In this document: positions 26,593-36,709 of the stretch, one piece after another | Layout of the letters: the number at the start of each line of letters is the position of its first letter | How positions within the stretch are numbered: position 1 is the first letter of the stretch | Assembly: GCA_964187785.1 (NCBI GenBank) | Contig: OZ076409.1 | Location: 69,070,001-69,134,000, forward strand | Direction of reading: 5' to 3' | Origin: Amphiscolops sp. MND2022 | Taxonomy: Eukaryota | Length of the DNA stretch: 64,000 nucleotides | Notes under the pieces: model-generated | Databases searched by the model: none | What the model was told of the DNA's origin: nothing | The model's input: the letters and a program-made list of their open reading frames with translations, nothing else | Made by a program: the position numbers and the translations under genes

Positions 26593-28448
26593 CTAATGAC
26601 TTTCTCTTTATCTGAACCAACTAAAAAACGATCTCGAAGGGAGGTGTCAAGATTACCACCAAAATTGCTCGTTTCTGCAGCTTTGCGCAGTTTACTGACA
26701 AATGCAGCAACAGACATTTTCCATCTTGCTTCACCTGGTGAAATTTGTTGCGTTCTGCAATTTCAATTGTTTTTGGTTCTAGGTGAGCTTTAATCCTGGC
26801 TTTCAGATCAGCGAAAGTCATTTTCGAACGCATTTTCTGGAGCAACGAGCGATTTGATATGAGAATATGCGTTCTCCCCGATAAGTGTAAAGTAAAAATC
26901 AGTGATCGCAGAGGTTGGAGAATCTGCAGCAATCGTGTTATCTTTGATACCTTTAGCTCTTGTTAGAGCTTCGAATCGTTCTTCCCAATCAGCAGTTTCC
27001 TCACTTTGCCATGGCATCTCTTCCATCCGGTAATCCATGCTGATAATTCTTCAACGATATTGGAATAAGAATAATAAATTAGCCCTGTCGCCAAATGTGG
27101 TGTATGATTGACTTGGGAAAAATCATCGCGTAAAAATACGTCCTAGTAGTTTGCTCAAAGCAGACAAACATTATAGAGCTTTGAAAAAAACACATATATC
27201 ATGTTAACATCATAACATGCATAAGAAGACTATCGCATACTTACACAGCATATCTATGAATTGGCAAAAATTACTAGTTTACTTGGAAAACACATGAACA
27301 ATGTCAAAAGTATGAAAAGTGCCCGGTCTTACCGGAATCTAGGTGCTTGTCGCCATCTACGTACTGACTACGAGTTTCTTATTAAGCTAACGGTTTCCAC
27401 AAATCTCGAGTCTCTTGTACAATCATTGTACTTTAATACTGATATAAATTACATATAATTCTGATACAACAAACAAATGAAAGATTTAGTGAACCTAAGC
27501 ATCAGAATACTTCGACTAGGAAACAAAAAGTTTTCCTGTTGAAAAACATTTAAAAAAATTAGAAAGAAGCACATTCGGCTTTTTCTGGGTCCGTGTTGCT
27601 ACCCGTACTGACAAAAACTTGAAATTCATGACAGCCAAGAATTTCCAAGGACTGGTAAAGACTTGTCAAAATCTGGACTAGTCCTTACCACTCCTTGCCA
27701 AACCTGGTGAAACCTGGAAATACGCTGCCAAGGACTGAAACCATTTCAGGAGCTATAAGGGCCAAATCGGTGCTAGATTATGTCGAAGTAATTATTATTG
27801 GTTGCAGGAAAACACTTTCAAAAATGGTGAGAATAGTCTCTCGTCAAAAACTCATATGAGGACCTCGTAAATATCCGTTTTTATAGTCTTGGCAGGCCAA
27901 CTGGAAAACAGTCGACACTGGCAGAGCTACCAACGTCTAGGAGCATAAAAAGCCCCATTCACAATATCAAATCTAATAAATGAGCACAAAAACAATGTTG
28001 GATGTCTCTCGAAGTCCATCAAACTAACAAATCAGGACCTCGAATATATCCGTTTTAATAGCCTTAGCTGGTCAGTTGGGAAATAGCCGACACTGTCAGT
28101 GCTGATATGACAAAATTGACACAAAATACATTTGAAGGTGATAGGAAGTACAGGCAAGTGGCTTTTCATACTCAAATCCAATATGGCCGCGCCCTATATG
28201 TAACTTCGAATCTTCCATGGAAATTTCTCAAGGACTGCTAAGGACTGGACCAAGACTGGTGATGTCTTGTGTTGTTTAGTCGGCGCTTCATGAAATGAAA
28301 CGCGACTATTATAGTGACTCTTTTCTCAATCCACACGAACTGATCAAAATAGTTCAACAAAAAGTTCTCTGCAGTGTCAGTATGGGTAATTCTAAGATCT
28401 TCCCCTTTTAATAATCGAGTTTCTACTTGAGCACTGTTTTTTTTTCAG

Positions 28449-28533
28449 GTCTTTTGCTAGATCTTTGTGGCACATACAACACTTTGCTAGCTTTCGCAAT
28501 CTACCTCGTAGTGACGTCATTCTTATCAACTTT
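28449..28533 (+). CDS. MFS transporter exon 5, 5' part (interrupted by LTR element C)
   Basis: Polypyrimidine ttttttttcag| acceptor, phase 1 matching exon 4. Encodes GLLLDLCGTYNTLLAFAIYLVVTSFLSTF (last TM helix). Confidence 0.85.
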
Positions 28534-30459
28534 TGTCATGAACGTTATGGTTAGATATTCCACCTTTTTGGCGTACATCATGTCGTTCATTCCTACAGTT
28601 AGTCCTAGCGTTCGAGTTGCGCTGTTCTTCGGCATCCGTTTCCGGTCTCTCAGCCGGGACTTCCCATCCTCTTCTAGTCCCATGGACCGATCCGGCCATC
28701 ATGGCATTTTGAATTTGAGGCAACACTTGACTATTTATAGCCTCATTGATGGCCCTTTGGATCTGTGAACTAACATTATTAAGCATATCGTCCATTTCTC
28801 TCGAGATCCTAGAATTTAATTCGCTTGACAACCTGTTTATCTCTGCAAGTGAGTTTGCTTCAGCTGAGTTTTGGCCCAAGTCGGCACTTGTCCTGGGTTC
28901 ATTGTTCCTACAATTAGAATATAGGCTTTCGTCCTCATTCTCTTGATTGTCGCTTGCAACACTATTCCTCCTCCTAGCTGAATTACTATCTAAACTCCTT
29001 TCTCTTTCAATCCCGTTAAAGTGATTGTTTCCTAGCATTATATCTAGGTTTTCAATATCCGAAAGGATCTCTAATCCTCTAGACTTTCTAGTCTTCTTCT
29101 GCTTTCTCGTTGTAGGCATTGAGACTAAACCGGGTTGAAGAATTAAATTAATCAGGTCCGGAAAACAGTAATTGTTAACAGATTGTTATCAAGTTGATTG
29201 TGAGGAGCTTTTCGAAAATTGTGTCTACTCAAAGGAAGTAGCTCCTATATATACTCCCTTGGGTGGGAAAAGCATGGTAGTAACTTTAAAAAATGTCATA
29301 ACTACATTCCTAAAGCACCTGATCAGATCATATACATTCAAACATCAAAGTGCCGCTGAATTGTAGTAGCAAGGTCACGCGGCCGTTTAAATTCCTGCTT
29401 TGATGGGATTGAGAGGCATTCAAATAGCACGCGTTACTTCAAACAACATCTACTATAATATTTGCACTGCTGGTATTTGGGGAATGTCAGCTATCCCGTG
29501 CCGGCACGTGCCCCAGTAGTAAGCTAAACAAACTTACATCAAATAACGTTACATGCATAATACATCTACAAATTGCATGTGTTAATTGACAAATGAGACC
29601 GGACTGGTCTTTCGGGCAAGTATTTGAAGCACCAACACACAACTGGTGTTAATCATATCAACCGATCTGGGGGACTACATAACTGTTTGCAACACACTCA
29701 TTACTGTACATGTCATTTAGAATGCACAAAACAATCATATTGACCATCTGAGTAATAAATTGAATGGGTGGCCTAAATCGGCCATTATCCGGATAGGTAT
29801 AGCATCAGGGGAGGGAAATTAGGCAAATGGCCTTATTCGGCTAAGCATCAGGGGAAATGAAACAAAACACTAATTATCCAACGTGATCATTTAACAAACA
29901 CAGAAACGTAATTAAGCTACTTATTAATACAGTATAGCAGCGTCCACATCATTATCTTTTCATTAGCAACTTATGGCCGAAACCGGCCGTTTGACTCAAG
30001 TCCCGTTTAACAAAGGCGGAATTCAGTCATGTGGCCTTAACTGGCCATTAATTAAATACAGCACAAGTATTGTTCAAATGGATGAATGTGATTGGTTAGC
30101 ACGACTGCAGTAAGTTATATCGCCGAGAAGGGACGTTTTCGCACTTGAACACGTTTCCTTCTCGCGATTAACTTGCTCTCTTATTGTTTGCTATAGCATC
30201 AATACAACTTCGCAATTTAATTCAGCTATTACAACAACGAACTGATTTGGCTAATCCCAAATCGTAATATTAACAGACTAATTTGAACATCCAATATAAG
30301 TGATCAAATAAAATAAATACAAACAAAATACATGATGTAAACGGTTTCTAAAGTTTTAGCAGTTTTATTCTTAAAAAGTTGGCAGTGTTCCGGGTATGAC
30401 TTCTTGGTTGTTGCTTGTTGTTGTAATCATAGTGCCGTCACAGGCGGCAGCCTGCGACA
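28534..30459 (-). repeat. 3' LTR of element C (1926 bp)
   Basis: Matches 43029..44954. No differences seen in the segments compared by eye. Confidence 0.95.
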
Positions 30460-31156
30460 CTGCGGGTGTAAGGAAAAGAAACGAACCTGCATTCAACCCG
30501 TTTTCGTAGGCTTCCCTTCTCAGCTTTGTTATGAATTCTGGCTCATCTCTCGGTGTAGATCTGTCCATGTACCAATCCACTCGCTGTTTCTTGATCGCAT
30601 CTACTGAGCGGCCACAGACCATACATCCGGTATAACGTGTTTCGCTCACATTCTCGTATGGCTTCGTGTTTTGAATGTGATATGACGCCCTGAATGCAGA
30701 GTCAGCTACTACTAGCGGGGTATCCATAGACGGTCCTCTCTCGTGAGGGGGCGGTGATAGAGGTGACTCCACGACAGGAAGTAGAGTTTTGCAGAGCTCT
30801 ATCCGAGATTTCCCTATCTTCTTCGGGGGAGCATAACACATTTCTCTATCAAAATATTTGTGATCCAACTTCGGGGTCACGTCCACCTGCGTCTGCCTGG
30901 AACTTGGGCCAGCTTCTGTATCTTCTTCTTCTTCTTCGGGTAATTCTACAGTCATAATGCGGCCCCCTATTAGCATGGGGCTGGATATTACCTCTTTCTC
31001 GATCCTGGCCACTAGTTGTTCCGTATCAGTGGAATAGTCGGTTTCCCAATCCGAGGCTTCGCTCTCACTACTAGATATGTAGATGACAGATTCGTTAGAT
31101 TCGTCAGAATCATAATCCATGTCGAATAATTTCCTTGCCAGGTTGTACTTGCTCAT
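30371..31156 (-). CDS. Accessory ORF3 of element C, 261 aa, unknown function (acidic N-terminus, CxxC)
   Basis: Intact ATG-started ORF. Its last 89 nt lie in the 3' LTR. AATAAA follows the stop directly (30369-30364), with a U/GU-rich tract downstream. Confidence 0.65.
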   Translation of the reverse strand: MSKYNLARKLFDMDYDSDESNESVIYISSSESEASDWETDYSTDTEQLVARIEKEVISSPMLIGGRIMTVELPEEEEEDTEAGPSSRQTQVDVTPKLDHKYFDREMCYAPPKKIGKSRIELCKTLLPVVESPLSPPPHERGPSMDTPLVVADSAFRASYHIQNTKPYENVSETRYTGCMVCGRSVDAIKKQRVDWYMDRSTPRDEPEFITKLRREAYENGLNAGSFLFLTPAVSQAAACDGTMITTTSNNQEVIPGTLPTF

Positions 31157-32232
31157 AATGAGTTTTTTAGCTATTTTGAAGCTTGGGGAGGCAACTAGTC
31201 AGAATCAAAGTTTGAGAAAGAATGAATTCAACAAATTTGAGAATTTAGCCGACTCGGGCCTTTTCCCGACAATTCGTTTTTGGCGGTTGAATCTTCGGTA
31301 AATTACCCTAATCCGACATAAACATTCCTGAATGGAATTTCATAATTAGTCGGCCACCTTTGATATACCGATGTTTACCCGTCATCAACACCATCAGCTT
31401 AAGAGGTGTGAACGACGCTTGAGCTGCTAGCCTCAATTCTCTCCATCTCAAGTGGGTAATTAACGGGTCGCTTGAAGGCTATTAACGACACGCGCCGTTA
31501 AATTCTTTCAACATGGCTTCAGCCAATCAGAGTTAAGCTCTGATAAAATGAAAAATTAAATAATAAAATGGCGAAAATAATAAATCAAAATAATTCAAAA
31601 TGGCGGAAATAACAATTTGAGTAACTATAATAACGGAAGTCCTAATTAGGCTAACAAACAAAACGGAACGAGGTAATACAATGAAATGGGGTAAACGGCC
31701 GTAATTGGCCAATAGTTCCATGAGTTGTAAATAATGAAATAATCTTAGTACATTTCGCTGGCAGACTCCATGTACAGAATAAATATGTAAATAATCCCAT
31801 AATATTAGTCTGGTAATAATCTTCAGCCACGAACTCCAATCCTTCAATTCTTTATTTTGAATTCCAATTCAATTCCTTTTATTTTAATTGCACTTTCTCT
31901 TCCATATTCATTTGATCGGTCTCCATCTACGAACTACCCTTTCTGTCTCTAATCTCTCCCGTTAGTCATCTCTTCCGAGTATCCCTGTTTCTCCCTTTAA
32001 GCCGGGTCCGGCCAATTTCCTTCGCGGCAGCAACCCGATTGGAACACTTCCCTTTTAGACTCAGCTCAGAATGTCTTCAACTGAAGGTTGGTTTGTTTCT
32101 TTTTGAACTCAAATTTAACTTGATCAGGGCTAAATTCGTTCACAAAATGCTTCCTGTTTTCATCAATAAACGTGTGATAGCACGTTTCGTTCAAATTTTC
32201 AAACACTTCCGGAAGTTTTCTAATGCGGTAAA

Positions 32233-34299
32233 ATGGATTTTTTCCAAGGAAGCTCACCGCCAAATTTCATCTCATTCTGTTTAGAAAACCAGAATAATGA
32301 CGAATCACAGATTCGAAACACCACTTCTTCAAACAATCTTGCCGAGGTTCCTCAACGCCCGCTCCCGATTACCATGCCAAGGCCTAGATCCGATCTAATT
32401 GCTCCGTCTTCTCTATCTTCATCCAACATCCTTGCTATGCCAACAGCAGCGGTAACAGGAGGAGCCCAAGATACAGCCACTCCCTCTCCTTTCAGTGTCG
32501 ACAGTGATTTTGATGTCACGGCGTACGCTGATGAGAAAGTTTTGCTTCTCGAACGGGCCCAGGAACAGGAAGAGAGACAAATTGCCAAGAGTTCTGAACT
32601 CGGGGAACAGGAGGTTGAAGAGAGTGTCCCAGAGGGTTCACTTACGGTTGGGAACGAAATCCGATCTTCTACCTTGCCCTTCCAAACAAGCACTCCAACC
32701 AAGGATTTGCCCAGTGAGTCTGCAAGGCTGAATTTATCGCAACTAGAAGCCGGTCTCACAGTTGCTCCATCTACCCAGACGGAATTGCCAGAATTGTTGA
32801 CAACTCGCGGAAATACTACCAACATGTCAGCAGCATCATTCCTCCACCATGAGACTGACGAAAGTTCGTCTATATGTGATGCCCCCAAATTGCCGACTGG
32901 AGTCGCGGACATAGTATATTTAGACGACATAACAGGGACTGAGGAAGCTGGTGACACATCCAGTCAGGCAAGTGGACCAGCTCTATACAGTTTCCAACCA
33001 GTGGGAGGCGCAGCAGAAACTGCAGGGGAGTCATCCGTTGACACTCCTATTCCTCATCCGGATAACTTGCGTCCGTCAACATCAACGTCTGCAGAGCAAG
33101 GTTCTGGCATCAGGGAGCTCTCTGGTCGCAGCCGGGCTATTTTAAAACAATACTTCGATCAGGATGCTACTACCATCAACTTCCCCCTCGGCCATAGAAC
33201 GGTGGCTTTCACTGAGCCACAAGTGTACCATCTTTTGAGGGTCCTTACAGATGAAACCTTGAAGATGTCTTTCACTGCCATGGAACAGATGGTGATCGGG
33301 GCAGTTCGTGGAGCGCCGGTTACTTCCAGTTCTCGAACTGGTCATTTCCGAAACAGGCCAAGAGCCCAAACTCCCGGACCTGGACTTCATAGTGATTCCG
33401 AGGGCAGTTCGCATTCTGAAAATTTCCCTGAGTCAGGAACTGATACGTCTGCCGGGTCAAGTTCGGAACAAGAAGATAGAGGACTGGACTCTTCCAACAA
33501 CACTGATAGCTCTGGGGAGATGGCTCTAATTTCACAGGCTTTTAAGGAGCCTTTCAGACCTGCTTCAACTTCCTGTGGGACTACTCAAGATGATCCCCCT
33601 CAAGCAGGTTTCGAATCAGCAGATCAGTCTAGTCTTGATGCTACCCTTTCCGAGTTACGAACTCAAACTTCTCCTGCTCCGCCCTTAGCTTCAAGTTCGG
33701 GTAAAGTGCCAAAACGTAAGCAACGGAAACAGACTCGAGGTATCCCTATGAAAGAGGAGTTCTTCTCTAAAATCGGATGGACGCGCTCGTTCATTTCTGG
33801 ACCAGCAGACCCGCTCCATAATCCTTATATGGTATGGTGCCATATATGCAAAAAGAATCTTTCTGTGAAGACGAAGGGCACTTTGGAAATTCTGCGGCAC
33901 CACAGGACGGAGAAGCACCTCCGAAAAGATCAAAGATGGCGTTACGAGCACCTCAAGAGTGTTCACCCCGTGTCCGGAAAGGTGCAACATCGAGTGAGAG
34001 GCCGCAATGGGAAGATTCTCTCAGAGATTGAGTTGGCCAAGGAGATGCGCCACTTTATGCACGTTGAGTTGGTGGACATCGGAGAACGTTTCCCTTTCTA
34101 TGACGATTTCATAAAAGGAACAACCACCACACTCGTCACCCCTGAATCAAGAGCTAAGACACAGATCCAACTTATTGGGAACTTCATACAGCAGCACGGG
34201 GATATTGGAATGCTCCGCAAATTGTGGTCCCAAATAGGCTCTTTGACTAACTATCAGTCCAGCTACTGTGACTTCGATTGGGGTGAAGAAAGAATTTCG
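32233..34299 (+). CDS. Antisense accessory gene of element C, exon 1 (S/T/E-rich disordered region, basic NLS-like patch, BED-like zinc finger)
   Basis: Long ORF with KRKQRKQ and WCHIC-x15-HH-x4-H. Donor TCG|gtaagt at 34300. Start codon uncertain (32233 or a downstream ATG). Confidence 0.8.
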
Positions 34300-34382
34300 G
34301 TAAGTTCTCTATTGGGTTTGTACACTGCTTGTGGTAGGCCAAAACCTTCCAAACATTTCGTAATTCTCCTTTTCCTTTTCAG

Positions 34383-34868
34383 GCCATCTTCCAGCACATC
34401 TTCAATTGTGCAATGAACGATTTAGCAAACCAGATTGCTACCACACAGCACTTTGCCATTGAATTTGAGGATCAGGGTGTGAACAGACTCATGTCTGTCA
34501 AATTCTGGAAAGACAACACCCTCTGCCGAGTCTACGTGTGTCGAAGTGGGCTTCCTTCCTCTGACCTTACTGGAGAGTTGGGGTCCCTCTCTCGACTCCT
34601 CTCAGTAGTATCCACTAAAGCCGATATAGTCGCCTGTTCCGGATGTCCTGTCGAGCTGATTCAGACTATCGACAACAATGTTTTCTTCCCCCGGGCTGTC
34701 CAGAGTTGCTTTCGCTTCGAGCATCTGCAGCTCCAGAAGATGATGCACAAGCCCACTTTCAGTGTGTTTGGCAGAATAGACTTCTTCTCTGTTCTGAAGT
34801 GTCTCGTAGTTTCACTTGGAGCAGCTTCCAGTGAAGATTGGGCCCTGCAATCCCCTGAACTAGCACGA
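34383..34868 (+). CDS. Antisense accessory gene, exon 2 (degenerate hAT-like RNase H core)
   Basis: cttttccttttcag| acceptor, phase 0. Encodes AIFQHIFNCAMNDL...FAIEFED...CSGCP...CFRFEHLQL. Donor CGA|gttagt. Confidence 0.75.
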
Positions 34869-34947
34869 GTTAGTATATTAAGTTCAAACATGAAGCGTAA
34901 AGGGTTAGGGGGTAGGTTCGGACAAAAGACAATTCGGGTTCGTTTAG

Positions 34948-35164
34948 GCTATCGATACCTGCAAACTGGACTTGCCGAGTTTACCCAACCTCTGTCGGGA
35001 ACTTGTAAAACATTGGAAGGCGATCCGGCAGTACCTGACGTCCCATACTCCACACCAGGGAATGCAGGGGGTCCACAATCAAGTGCAGAGCTTCGAGTGG
35101 TCTCTCATCTGCGACTCCTTCTTCACCGTCAAGTTGGAGTTCTTCCAACGCATAATCAGTGATT
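34948..35164 (+). CDS. Antisense accessory gene, exon 3
   Basis: tttag| acceptor, phase 0, in the frame of ORF 34972. Encodes ELVKHWKAIRQYL. Donor T|gtgagt (phase 1). Confidence 0.75.
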
Positions 35165-35320
35165 GTGAGTATACCGCTACATATCCATATTGGTACTATA
35201 AGACATTATCAGAATGATCCTTGATCCTTGATTCCTCGGGCCACTAGCGCAGTAGGCATATCGGTATGGGTTTATGTAGACGTTTTGTTCTTTTCATGGT
35301 CTTGTCCTTTGTATTTCCAG

Positions 35321-36477
35321 ATGTCGCCAGTTTCGTTGTCAATCTGTTGGGCCGACGAGATGCAACATTTTTCCTCTGTGGAGAAGTCTGCCGATTCATC
35401 TCCAAGTTATGTGCCAGATGTTACTTGCCGGAAACCATCCCTCTCGAGAATTCGTGGTTCCTTCTCCTCAACTTCAACGTGAGCGACGGGAAGTTCATCA
35501 GCGAGGAGGAGTTCCTTGTCCGACACCGGTTGACAAATCGGATAGCTACTGCCAGCAAACAGTGTGCCGATGTTGTCCATTTGAACAAGAAATCGGAGAA
35601 AGCCGCCATTGAGAAGACAGCTGCAGAGACAACCAGCAGTTTCGTCAAAGAAGGACTGCAGTTTATTCAGTACTTGGTCAAGCAGGTCCTCAACCAAGCC
35701 GGTCTGAGCTCCGAGGTGATCAAGGGGTTGGCCGCCTTTGATCCTTTCGTCCTCTTCAAGAGGCCGAGTGAGGTCGGACTTCGTCATTTCGAGGTATTGT
35801 ACTCGACCTTCCAGCTTCGCTCCTGGGTCTCCGGTGAGAATGAGAACATCTGTCGAGATGAGTATTTGGCTTTGTTAGATCACCTGCGAGTCAATTATCC
35901 TCCAGATTTCGATTTCAATGGAAATTCCCCCGACCTGATAGACTTTCTGATGCAACTCGAGTTTTTTCAAACTCATGAGCACATTTTCCATCTTTTCAAG
36001 CTGTGCTGCTTGTGTTTGACAGAACGAAGTCTCCAATATCCCCCAGTATCTTTCGGGAGTGTTAACACTTCTGGACACCGAGGCCGTTTTGCTGACCTTA
36101 TAGAGCCCTGTCAGAGTTACCTTTCTTGCGTGCCTGACTCCATTCTACATTGTTGTTCTGACGCTAATTTAGAAAAGCTTTCAGCCCTCAGTTCTTCCTT
36201 CGAGCGTTCCGCTTTCTCCCCCGACTATGATCCATGGACCTTTGTGGATGAGTTCGGGAGGTCCAAAATTTACAAGAGCCTTCTTGCCTCCTATAAGGTC
36301 GTCACTGCTGTTTCTCCCCCTCGGGCTGTTCATCTGGCGACAGGAATTGCCTCCTCCGTGCCGGACGATTCTGCCGTAAAGGTGCCCTCCAAGAAGCAAA
36401 GGAAGCGAGCAGGTAGCAGCAGTTCTACAATTTCGTCCACTTCCAAGAAGGCTGTTCAAGGGTCCTCTAAAGACTAA
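35321..36477 (+). CDS. Antisense accessory gene, exon 4
   Basis: Long pyrimidine tract gtatttccag| acceptor, phase 1, in the frame of ORF 35266. Ends with a basic/Ser tail and TAA. Spliced total is 3927 nt = 1308 aa. Confidence 0.8.
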
Positions 36478-36709
36478 ATGTACATATGTATTTATGTACT
36501 TTCAGACTGTAAACTTTGTTCATTTCTCTGTTTCATATTTATTTTCATTTTGTTCTCTGTTGTCTTGATTTTCTGATCCCGTATTTATTTCCTTGTAAGG
36601 GATCATTCAAATGTCCCATTATTTATTCAAGAAATACTGCTGCATGGGACCGAAAAGATAAAAAGAATGAAAAGAAGAGAATTCCCATTTTCGGGAAGAA
36701 ATTCAATTC

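Larger units (their letters stand above)
24354..27228. repeat. Tandem duplication with 1438-bp period (gag, MITE, PBS and most of the 5' LTR of element B)
   Basis: 24354..25791 is near-identical to 25792..27228. All ORFs are duplicated at offset 1438. Confidence 0.95.
21401..27250 (-). mobile_element. Old, decayed Gypsy element B in intron 4 (short ~150-bp LTRs)
   Basis: Diverged LTRs ~21401-21548 and 27096-27250, PBS TGGCGACAGG at ~27093-27084, PPT 21549-21561. Broken gag (CKYCGKKH..C, CNKCGKKNHFSAVC), RT (FSKLDVKDAYLQV), RNase H and integrase (LHSSHLG...CVQC; SDNGPAF; PKSNG). Confidence 0.9.

Noticed and set aside
27600..28270. Degenerate ~70-bp direct repeats (27858, 28034) and AGGACTGG motifs
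   Set aside because: Probably an old DNA-transposon relic, but no paired termini or TSD could be defined.
30371..36477. Extra ORFs of element C as an env gene
   Set aside because: No evident signal peptide, fusion-protein pattern or C-terminal TM anchor. The larger gene is antisense, spliced and nuclear-looking.
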